Shown here: one piece after another, positions 57,057 to 64,000 of the stretch
How positions within the stretch are numbered: the stretch's first letter is position 1
How the letters are laid out: each line of letters opens with the position of its first letter
Source: Thermoplasmata archaeon
Lineage (GTDB): Archaea > Thermoplasmatota > Thermoplasmata > Lutacidiplasmatales > UBA184
Assembly (NCBI GenBank): GCA_035507575.1
Contig: DATJNY010000019.1
Location: 17,681 to 81,680 of the forward strand
Direction: 5' to 3'
DNA: 64,000 bases
Made by a program: the position numbers and the translations under genes
Notes under the pieces: generated by a model
Database searches by the model: none
What the model was told of the DNA's origin: nothing
The model's input: the letters and a program-made list of their open reading frames with translations, nothing else

Positions 57057-57448
57057 GGCGCCGCCGTCCCCGAAGCGTGGCGTGCACGGCGCGGGGAGAA
57101 CTCGGCCCATCCAAGCGGGAGCAGCGACGCCGCCAGGCCCAGCGCCCGGACCGGAGTCCACGGCGACGGAGCGAGCGCGAACGCCACCGCTCCCGCGCCG
57201 ACCGACAACCACGCCACCATCGTTCCGACGCCGAGTGGGGCCGGCGCGGCCGCGCCGGGCCGGTGACGCGACGCCCAGCCGGCGATCGCGAGCGCGACGA
57301 GCGCCACGACGAGGGAGTCCAGATACGGCAGGAGGATCGCGAGAGCGCCGACGACGAGCCCCAGCGCGAGGGCGGTCCGAAACGGGTCGAGTTCGATCGG
57401 CACCCCGCGTCCGCCGGTCGGGGGAACGGGCCGCGGCGTCACGTCCAC
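57053..57448 (-). CDS. Small membrane protein (about 3 TM)
   Basis: GTG start overlapping the upstream stop. The protein is hydrophobic throughout. Confidence 0.5.
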   Translation of the reverse strand: MDVTPRPVPPTGGRGVPIELDPFRTALALGLVVGALAILLPYLDSLVVALVALAIAGWASRHRPGAAAPAPLGVGTMVAWLSVGAGAVAFALAPSPWTPVRALGLAASLLPLGWAEFSPRRARHASGTAAP

Positions 57449-58203
57449 CCCACGCGACGCGCCGCGTCGAACAGCCGGCCGTCTCGCAGGCGCGTCGCCG
57501 CGATGCCGCATTCCCCGAGTCGATCCGCGAGGCCCTCGGACCGGCGGTCGAGGTCGTCGCGTCCGTCCCGGCCCGCCCCGGCGGCGACGAGCGTGAGGTA
57601 GACCTGTCGCACCCGGCGGCGTCGGCAGATCATCTCCACGAGCTCGGCGTACGTCGCGCGGGCGGCCGCGTCGGGACCCGGCGCACCGGGCGGGGGCAGC
57701 CGCACGAGCGCGACGGCCATCGGGGTCGTGGTGATCCAGAGGCCAAGGTCGCCGTCGAACGACCGGAGGACGGTGCGAAACGTATCGAAGCGTCGGGCGA
57801 GGTCGGAGGGCGGGAGGTACGTGATCGGCGTGCCGCCGGCCCGGACGATCGCACCGGGACGGCCGTCCGGCGCAGGAACGAATCCCAGTCGAAGTCCCGC
57901 ACGCAGGGTCGGGGGGATCACCATGCGCACCCCCGGATCGCGCCCCAAGCGCCAATGCAGGTACGCGAACGCGCGCTCGTCCAGCGCCTGTCCGTCCGTC
58001 CGCACGACGCAGGCCGCGAACGCCGTCGCGACCGCGACGAGCCAAAGGCCGGCGCCGGTGAACGGGACGACCGCCGCGCTGACCGCGGCGTAGGTAACGA
58101 AGCGCAGGGCGTCCCGCGCCGACGAGAACGGCCCGAGCCGGAGCCGCCGGTCGACCCGCTCCGGGATCGCGGCCACGGGGGGACCGTCTCCGGGGTCGTC
58201 CAT
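57439..58203 (-). CDS. Hypothetical membrane protein (N-terminal TM hairpin plus soluble domain)
   Basis: ATG start 1 nt after the upstream stop. TM hairpin: FVTYAAVSAAVVPFTGAGLWLVAVATAFAACVV. Confidence 0.55.
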   Translation of the reverse strand: MDDPGDGPPVAAIPERVDRRLRLGPFSSARDALRFVTYAAVSAAVVPFTGAGLWLVAVATAFAACVVRTDGQALDERAFAYLHWRLGRDPGVRMVIPPTLRAGLRLGFVPAPDGRPGAIVRAGGTPITYLPPSDLARRFDTFRTVLRSFDGDLGLWITTTPMAVALVRLPPPGAPGPDAAARATYAELVEMICRRRRVRQVYLTLVAAGAGRDGRDDLDRRSEGLADRLGECGIAATRLRDGRLFDAARRVGWT

Positions 58204-58204
58204 C

Positions 58205-59344
58205 TCATCCTCGCCCTCCGTAGCCCGTGTCGACCGCCGGCCACCGTCCGGGTCCGTTGGGGTGCTTCGCGCGGCTCTGCAGGTGCCGCACGAGGTGCGC
58301 CGCGCCGTGCCCGGCGACCTGTGCCGCCGCGAGCGGGAGCGCGACCGGTGCCGAGGCCGACCCGGCCACCCGCAGCGCCCCGCTCGCCGCCTGGCGCCCC
58401 GCCGAGCCGGTGGACGGGGGCGCCGCGGACGGCGCTGCGTACCCGGAGACCCCGGTGGGGGCGGCGGCGAGGCCGCGTTGCGCCCCGCCCCCGATGGCGC
58501 TAGCGCTCCCGGGGAAGCCGAACGCGGTGAGATGCGTGCCGGCGAGCGAGAGGAGATACGGGGACGCGAGCGCGCAGCCGAGGTAGCCGACGAGGAGCAC
58601 GATCGTCGGGCTCCCGACGGCGAGTTCGAGCGGGACGATCAGCACGCACGGCAGGAAGACGAGCTCGACGAACAGGAACCAGGCCCGCCGCGCGAGCGGC
58701 GCGAGCGGCCGGAACGGCCAGAGCAGCGTGAAGATCGGCAGGAGCACGAGCAGCACCGCGAGGAGGGCGTCGCGCAGGCCGACGGCCAGCACGAGCCCGA
58801 AGACGAGGAAGAACTCGACGAGGGAGAGGACGAACGCCAGCGCCCCGTTGTCCCAGGAGAACTTCCCCTGGCCGATCCCGGCGAGGTTCACCCAGTGCTG
58901 CCACGCGCCACCGTCCCAGCCCGCGAGGACCGGATACAGCCCGGCGCCGACCGCGAGGATCGCCCCGGCGATCGGCACGGTGAAGTTCGCGGCGACGACG
59001 GCGATCACGAGCCGCGGGAGGAGGGCGTCGAGCTCGTTGGCCCAGCGGGCGATCGACGCACGAGCGAGGTAGCAGATCGCGACCCCGAGCGCGACGAGCG
59101 CGATCGCCGGATCGACGATGTTCGCGAGCGTGTACGTCGAGAAGCTCGTGGCTCCGGCGAGGTAGTTCGACGGGTCGGAGGTGCTCGCGACGAGCGGGGG
59201 GTAGAGCGCCGCCGGGGAGAGCTCCGGGACCAGCAGCTGGTCGTACGTCGGGCCGACGACCGCCGAGACGAGCGCGGTCAGCCCGGCGAAGAGGAAGAAC
59301 AGGATCGCCTGGATGATGCTGGCCCAATCGATCCCGAGCGGCAT
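58205..59344 (-). CDS. Polytopic membrane protein (at least 7 TM), VirB6/TrbL/CedA-like candidate
   Basis: Hydrophobic throughout, with a Gly/Ala/Ser-rich C-terminal tail. Confidence 0.55.
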   Translation of the reverse strand: MPLGIDWASIIQAILFFLFAGLTALVSAVVGPTYDQLLVPELSPAALYPPLVASTSDPSNYLAGATSFSTYTLANIVDPAIALVALGVAICYLARASIARWANELDALLPRLVIAVVAANFTVPIAGAILAVGAGLYPVLAGWDGGAWQHWVNLAGIGQGKFSWDNGALAFVLSLVEFFLVFGLVLAVGLRDALLAVLLVLLPIFTLLWPFRPLAPLARRAWFLFVELVFLPCVLIVPLELAVGSPTIVLLVGYLGCALASPYLLSLAGTHLTAFGFPGSASAIGGGAQRGLAAAPTGVSGYAAPSAAPPSTGSAGRQAASGALRVAGSASAPVALPLAAAQVAGHGAAHLVRHLQSRAKHPNGPGRWPAVDTGYGGRG

Positions 59345-59359
59345 CGTCCCGGTCCCGGG

Positions 59360-59749
59360 TCAGCTGCCCGTGAGCACCCAGTGCGCGAGCCCCCAGACGA
59401 GGCCGGTGATCGCGGCGACGAACAGCAGGCTCCCGATGAGCGCGTCCCGCGCGCGCTCCTTCGCCTGGATCTTCTTCGTGACGTCGTGGGAGAACCAGCT
59501 GAGCGCCACCCGCGCCCAGACGAGGGCCAGCAACCCGCTCCCCGCGACCCCGACGAGTTCGACCAGGCGGTTGATCGACGCGGTGAAGTTCGAGACGGGG
59601 GTCGACGAGGCGGACGGGACGACGGTCGCCGTGCCGAGGGGGTGGGTCGGGATCGACGCCGTCGTGGCCGGCCCCAGGCTCGCGCCGAGCACGAGCGCGA
59701 GGCCGAACAGCGCGGTCGCGCGGGGGCCGATCATCGCTCGCTCGACCAT
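59360..59749 (-). CDS. Small membrane protein with signal peptide plus two TM helices (VirB2/TrbC-pilin-like topology)
   Basis: 129 aa: signal-like N-terminus, a hydrophilic Ser/Thr stretch, then a TM hairpin (LVELVGVAGSGLLALVWARVALSWF / LIGSLLFVAAITGLVWGLAHWVL). Confidence 0.5.
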   Translation of the reverse strand: MVERAMIGPRATALFGLALVLGASLGPATTASIPTHPLGTATVVPSASSTPVSNFTASINRLVELVGVAGSGLLALVWARVALSWFSHDVTKKIQAKERARDALIGSLLFVAAITGLVWGLAHWVLTGS

Positions 59750-61920
59750 GCGAGGATCTCCCCTCCCTCGGAGTCGATCTCGGATCGGAGCGTACCGTCC
59801 GCCTTCAGTCGGTCGATCGTCGCGGCGGCGAGCTCGATCGGCACGCCGGCCTCGTCGGCGAGGAGTTCCACGGTCGCACGGTCGGCCCCTTCGGCCGGTT
59901 CGATGATCCCGCGCAGGACCTCCCGGGCGTCGACCGGCGGAGGAGGGGGCGAACGGGATCGGAGGTGCCGTCGCCAGAGGGAGAACGCTCCCATCGCGAC
60001 CCCGACGGCGACGACCAGGCCCGTGACGAGGAGGGGCTCCGCCTCACTGGCGCCGGCACCGGCACGGGAGGCGTTGGGGGGGGTCGGGGCCGGTGGCGGG
60101 ACGACGGGGGCGCGCGCGGTCGAGTTCGCGACGACCCCGAGCGCGTCGACGACCGTGATGCGAAGATCCAAGAGACCACCGATCCCGGTCGTGAACGCCT
60201 CGATGAACGCCCCGTCCGACGAGATCGTCCGGTTCCATTCGAGGCCGGCCGTCGCGCTCACGTTCACCTGGAACGGGGGGACCCCCCCCGCGACGCGGAG
60301 GCCGAGCGCGAAATCGCCGGCCGGCGGCAATCCCGACGGGTCCACGGAGACCTGCACGGCGAGCGGCGGAACGACGACCAGCGCGGCGAGGGCGGTTGCC
60401 ACGCCCCCGGCCGCGTCGGCCACGACGACCGTCAAATTGACGGACCCCTCGACCGAGTAGTTCGCGCTCCAGCCGAAGGCACCCACCGTCGAGAGGTTTC
60501 CGGCGGCGGGGGAGCCGTTCGTCGCAGCGCACGACGGGACGACGGCCCAATCGAACGGGGGCGTGCCCGCGAGGACGCTCCCGGTGACCTGCAGTGCGGC
60601 GCCGTCGGACGTGGGGGTCCGCGCCGAGATCGCGGTGACCACGAGCGCCGGATCGACCACGAGCGGCGTCGTCGCGTTCGTCGCGGCGACTCCGTCGGCG
60701 TCGGTGAGACGTGCTGCGAGCGAGAGGTCGCCGGCGACCGAAGGCACGATCGGAAGGAACACCCGCCCGTCGGCCGCGGCCGTCTCGGTTCCCTGCTCGG
60801 AGGTACCGATCTCGGACCACGTGAGCTGGAACGGGGGAACGCCGCCCGCGATCTCGAACGGCACCGCGCTCGGGAGGCCGACCTCCGCGGTGACGTTCCC
60901 CCCGACCGGGGTCAGCGTCGGGAGGGGCTCGACGTCCTCGGAGAATCCCGCGGTGACCCCGACCCCCGGGACCGGAGGGAAGACCTCGAACAGGACCGAG
61001 CCGGCTCCGACGTCCGAGAAGGCGCAGGAGAGGTTCGTGATCGACGCGTTGCCGAAATCCTCGGGCCGGGCCGGGTTCGTGCACGACCATCCCCAACTGG
61101 AGCCGTTCGGCAGATCGAGCGTCGTCGCTCGGAACTCGAGGGAGGTACCGACGTCGACGGACGTCGCCGGGGCGGCGAGCCCCGCCGCGAGCCCGTCGGA
61201 GACGGTCAGGTCCGCGTCGACCGTGCCGCGGGTCGATTGTCCGGCGGCATCGACCACGACGACGAGCGGTCGGTAGCTCCCGCTCGCGAAGCGATGGGAG
61301 GTCACGAACGATCCCGGGCGCTCTACGGTGAGGTTCGTCGAGCGCCCGTCCCCCCACGCGACCGAGACGAGATACGGCGGGAGTCCGCCGTCGATCTCTC
61401 CGGTGACGTTCGCGGTCCCGTTCTCGCGAAGGGGATTCGGGCTCGCCACGAGGTTCGTCACGCGCACGGGCGCGACGACGGTCACGTTCGCCTCCGCGAA
61501 CCCGAGCAGGACCCGGGCGGTCGCACCGCAGGTCATCCCGCTCGCGGATCGCACCGCGATCGCGGTCGTCCCCGTCTCGGCCGAGGTCCCGAAGAACGTC
61601 GCGTTCTCGGAGGTGGTCGTCCCGAGCACCCCTTCGGCCGTCGCGCCCACCAGCCCCCAGCGGAACCAGAGCGGGGCGAGCGAGCAGCGCGGTGGGAGGC
61701 CGACCCACGCGGCGGAGAGGGACGTGGAGTTCCCCGCGGCGAGTCGCCAGGTGCTCGGATCGACGATCAGCTCCGGCTCGGGCTCGACGGCGGTCCCGAT
61801 CGGGCCGCTCCGCGACGCCTCCCTGGGGAGGGGAGCCGGGAGGAGCAGCAGGGCGACGATCGCCCCGCCCGCCAGCGCGAACCACGGACAGACCCGCACA
61901 CCGGAATTCGCGCGTCCCAC
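59731..61920 (-). CDS. Large cell-surface protein with PKD-like repeats, C-terminal TM anchor and a short cytoplasmic tail
   Basis: Signal peptide, then repeated modules of about 90 aa carrying GG(L/V)PP(F/Y) signatures (PKD-like), a TM near the C-terminus (LLVTGLVVAVGVAMGAFSLW) and a cytoplasmic tail of about 70 aa. Its stop overlaps the next gene. Confidence 0.65.
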   Translation of the reverse strand: MGRANSGVRVCPWFALAGGAIVALLLLPAPLPREASRSGPIGTAVEPEPELIVDPSTWRLAAGNSTSLSAAWVGLPPRCSLAPLWFRWGLVGATAEGVLGTTTSENATFFGTSAETGTTAIAVRSASGMTCGATARVLLGFAEANVTVVAPVRVTNLVASPNPLRENGTANVTGEIDGGLPPYLVSVAWGDGRSTNLTVERPGSFVTSHRFASGSYRPLVVVVDAAGQSTRGTVDADLTVSDGLAAGLAAPATSVDVGTSLEFRATTLDLPNGSSWGWSCTNPARPEDFGNASITNLSCAFSDVGAGSVLFEVFPPVPGVGVTAGFSEDVEPLPTLTPVGGNVTAEVGLPSAVPFEIAGGVPPFQLTWSEIGTSEQGTETAAADGRVFLPIVPSVAGDLSLAARLTDADGVAATNATTPLVVDPALVVTAISARTPTSDGAALQVTGSVLAGTPPFDWAVVPSCAATNGSPAAGNLSTVGAFGWSANYSVEGSVNLTVVVADAAGGVATALAALVVVPPLAVQVSVDPSGLPPAGDFALGLRVAGGVPPFQVNVSATAGLEWNRTISSDGAFIEAFTTGIGGLLDLRITVVDALGVVANSTARAPVVPPPAPTPPNASRAGAGASEAEPLLVTGLVVAVGVAMGAFSLWRRHLRSRSPPPPPVDAREVLRGIIEPAEGADRATVELLADEAGVPIELAAATIDRLKADGTLRSEIDSEGGEILAWSSER

Positions 61921-61969
61921 GGTCGCACCGGCCGTGGGAACGGACGGGGGATACTTCCTCGGCCGTCGC

Positions 61970-62647
61970 TCAGCGGTGGGTGGAAGGTGGCGGTGGAGCG
62001 AGAACCAGCGCGACGTGCTCCTTCGAGAACGGGGCGAGCTCGGCTTCGGCGCGCACCGAGAACCCGGCGCGATGGAGTTCGGCGCGCGCCTCCCGCACCA
62101 CCGCCGGGACCGGTCGGCGTTGCGTGACGGATCGCACCTTCAGCATGAGCACTCCCGTCCCGGTCGGCCCGAGCGCGGTCCGGGCGTTCTCCACGAAGAT
62201 CCCCACCTGGTTCCGCTGGGCGACGTCCTGATAGACGAGGTCGACGAGCCCCACGTCGGCGGCGTACCGTTCGGGGAGCTGCGCGTCCGCGAGGATGGGG
62301 AGCAGGTTCTCTCTCCGGCGCGCGAGCGCGAGGAGGGGCGCGAACGACGCCGGACTCTTCTCCACCGCGAAGACCGTGCCGCCGGGATCGAGCTCGGCGA
62401 GGTGGCTGACCGTGGTCCCGTGCGCCGCGCCGAGGTAGAGGATGCGCCGGACCCCGGTGAGAAGGTCCGGGGGCGCCCCCTTCCGCAGGAACGCCGCGAG
62501 CTTCGAGCGGAACGGGTCCCACTGACGGTACTCGATCTCGCCGGATCGGCGCAGCTCCTCTCCGTAGACCCGCTCCCCCGGGCGGGCGTTCCGAGTGTAC
62601 AGCTCGCGCCCCTCGCGGAAGACGCCGGGCCACGCGGTCGGTTCCAT
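61970..62647 (-). CDS. flpA: Fibrillarin-like rRNA/tRNA 2'-O-methyltransferase
   Basis: Fibrillarin motifs (RILYLGAAHGTTVSHLAEL, VFAVEKSP, the DV..P.Q region). Confidence 0.8.
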   Translation of the reverse strand: MEPTAWPGVFREGRELYTRNARPGERVYGEELRRSGEIEYRQWDPFRSKLAAFLRKGAPPDLLTGVRRILYLGAAHGTTVSHLAELDPGGTVFAVEKSPASFAPLLALARRRENLLPILADAQLPERYAADVGLVDLVYQDVAQRNQVGIFVENARTALGPTGTGVLMLKVRSVTQRRPVPAVVREARAELHRAGFSVRAEAELAPFSKEHVALVLAPPPPSTHR

Positions 62648-62657
62648 GGGGGCCCCG

Positions 62658-63122
62658 CTACTTCACGGCGAGGAAGTACTCGACCTCGACCGCGCCGTGG
62701 AGCGGAAGGTCGGCGACGCCGACTGCGATCCGGGCGGGCCGGCCGGCCTCGCCGAACAGCTCGATGAGCAGCTCCGTCGCCCCGTTGGCGACCTCGTGGG
62801 GCCGGTCGAACCCGGGAGAGGTCGCGACGTAGACCGCGACGCGCAGGAACCGCTCGATCCGATCCAGCGAGCCGAGGGTGTGGGCCAGCGCACTGAGCGC
62901 CTGGAGTGTCGCGCGACGGGCGAGCCCTTTCGCGACGTCGACCGGCACCTCCTGGTCAACTCGGCCCGGGTTGAGCACCCGTCCACTCTCCATGGCGATC
63001 TGCCCGGCGACCCAGGCGAAGCCCCCGTGGACGACGACGGGCGCGTACGCGCCCGCCGGGGGAGGCGGAGGAGGGAGCTCGAGGCCGAGGCTCTTGAGCC
63101 GCTCGGTCGGCGACGGAGACAT
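62658..63122 (-). CDS. RidA/YjgF family reactive-intermediate deaminase
   Basis: 154 aa with the conserved RidA C-terminal region (PARIAVGVADLPLHGAVEVEYFLAV). Confidence 0.8.
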   Translation of the reverse strand: MSPSPTERLKSLGLELPPPPPPAGAYAPVVVHGGFAWVAGQIAMESGRVLNPGRVDQEVPVDVAKGLARRATLQALSALAHTLGSLDRIERFLRVAVYVATSPGFDRPHEVANGATELLIELFGEAGRPARIAVGVADLPLHGAVEVEYFLAVK

Positions 63123-63206
63123 GCGTCAGGGAAACGGTCGTGGGAAAAAGCGCTGCGGTGCGTCCCGCCCGACACGCTCAAGGCTTCCGGCCGGCTTTCC
63201 GCCGTG

Positions 63207-63605
63207 ATGTCGTTCTTCCGCCGGCGGCGCAAGGAGAACGAGGAACCGGAGAAGAAACCGGCGGCGACCCCGCCCCCGAAGGTCGCCGCGCCGAAAGGCG
63301 CGTCCGGGCCGCGCTCCCCCTCGAAGGACGGGGATCCCGCTCCGTCGGCGCTCGGCGCCACCCCGCCCGCATCGACCCCGCCGACGGAGCCGTCGGCCCC
63401 GGCCGAGCCGACGGGCGTCGCCGCGCCGGTGCCGGCGCCGGAATCCCCCCGGGCCCCGGCCCCGCCTCCGCCGCTTCCGGACCGTCCCACGATCGTCGCC
63501 GGGCCCGCCCCGATCGTCGCGCGCCCGCTCTCGCAGTGCTTCGTCTGCGGTTCCCCGCTCGACGGCGGGAAGTGTCCGACCTGCCGGATGACCTGGATCG
63601 AGTGA
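63207..63605 (+). CDS. Pro/Ala-rich protein with a C-terminal zinc ribbon (CxxC-x9-CxxC)
   Basis: A basic N-terminus, a long PAPS low-complexity region and a C-terminal CFVCGSPLDGGKCPTC. Confidence 0.45.
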   Translation: MSFFRRRRKENEEPEKKPAATPPPKVAAPKGASGPRSPSKDGDPAPSALGATPPASTPPTEPSAPAEPTGVAAPVPAPESPRAPAPPPPLPDRPTIVAGPAPIVARPLSQCFVCGSPLDGGKCPTCRMTWIE

Positions 63606-63669
63606 GCGCCCCCCGGGGTGTCGTGGACGACTAGCGTTTTGAACCCCTCCCGCTCCGAAGCACGAACAT

Positions 63670-64000
63670 CATGCCGGATGGGAGAGCCGTGGCCGCGGAG
63701 CTCGACGCGCTGGAACGCCGCATCGTGGATCATCTTTTCGAGCTCGAGCCATCGTACGCGGTGGGGCTCGGTCTCCACCGCTACGACGGCCTCGTCCCGG
63801 ATCTCTCCCGGGCGGCGACGGAGTCCTGGGCGACGCGTGCCGACGCCCTCCTCGCCCAGCTCAGTCGCATTGACGACGCCTCGCTCTCCGACGCCCGGCG
63901 CGTCGACCGCTTCCTCCTTCGCCTCTTGCTCGAGAGCCCGCTGTTCGATCTGCGGGAGGCGCAGGACCTCGACCGGAACCCGATGTCGTACGTCGGGAGC
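63670..64000 (+). CDS. DUF885-like protein, N-terminal fragment (continues past the window end)
   Basis: An open frame from ATG 63670 to the window edge. The N-terminal pattern (LFELEPSYAVGLGLHRYDGLVPDLS) resembles DUF885-family proteins. Confidence 0.5.

Noticed and set aside
59360-59749. Calling the small 2-TM protein a confirmed VirB2/TrbC pilin
   Set aside because: Only the topology and size match. No sequence signature can be verified by eye, so it is kept as -like with moderate confidence.
1-64000. CRISPR arrays, rRNA genes, transposase/IS elements
   Set aside because: No short regularly spaced repeats, no rRNA-like conserved stretches, and no DDE or HTH-transposase ORFs were seen anywhere in the window.

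Overview
This is a high-GC (roughly 65-70%) stretch of a prokaryotic chromosome that I read as archaeal. The archaeal calls rest on four things seen in the sequence: a fibrillarin gene; class III (prepilin-like) signal peptides of the form RG/RA followed by a hydrophobic run; a FlaI/FlaJ/FlaH-type secretion module; and a tRNA that carries a 25-nt intron-like insertion in its anticodon region. Coding density is high. Because of the GC content, almost every real gene is shadowed by long Arg/Pro/Gly-rich ORFs on the opposite strand or in other frames, and I treat those as artefacts.

Layout:
- 1-4.7 kb: a peptide-type ABC importer (permease fragment, two ATPases, a convergent family-5 binding protein).
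- 4.8-20.4 kb: a dense amine/amino-compound catabolic cluster. It holds three aldehyde dehydrogenases (one resembling methylmalonate-semialdehyde dehydrogenase), three class III aminotransferases, an amidohydrolase, a SAM methyltransferase, a cupin, a flavin amine oxidase, a Rieske oxygenase alpha subunit and a CrtI-like oxidoreductase.
- 21.7-27.8 kb: a roughly 6 kb lower-GC island integrated at the 3' end of a tRNA gene, bounded by a perfect 20-bp direct repeat. It carries surface-protein genes, one of them with a C-terminal Hint/intein-like domain.
- 28-31.5 kb: GNAT acetyltransferases, a PHP phosphoesterase and small membrane proteins.
- 31.6-40.3 kb: a type IV pilus-like assembly locus. 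Its parts are a FlaI-like ATPase, two T2SSF/FlaJ-half membrane proteins, a pilin-like gene, a FlaH/KaiC-like protein and an ExeA-like AAA+ ATPase. It is divergently paired with a PstS-like binding protein that has a prepilin-type signal peptide. A PhoU-AbrB regulator, a second phoU and a canonical pstSCAB operon (40.3-46.8 kb) follow directly. I read this as a candidate phosphate bindosome-like system.
- 47-54 kb: truA, a surface glycoprotein, a VOC, an acyl-CoA dehydrogenase and an HPS-RraA fusion.
- 54-62 kb: an orphan DNA methyltransferase convergent with a tightly coupled six-gene module. The module is a PKD surface protein, a VirB2/TrbC-like small membrane protein, a polytopic membrane protein, two further membrane proteins and a VirB4/HerA-like ATPase. 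It resembles minimal archaeal Ced/Ted-type or conjugative DNA-transfer machinery.
- 62-64 kb: fibrillarin, RidA, a zinc-ribbon protein and the start of a DUF885-like gene.

I had no tools for homology search, so all family assignments are by motif recognition from memory.
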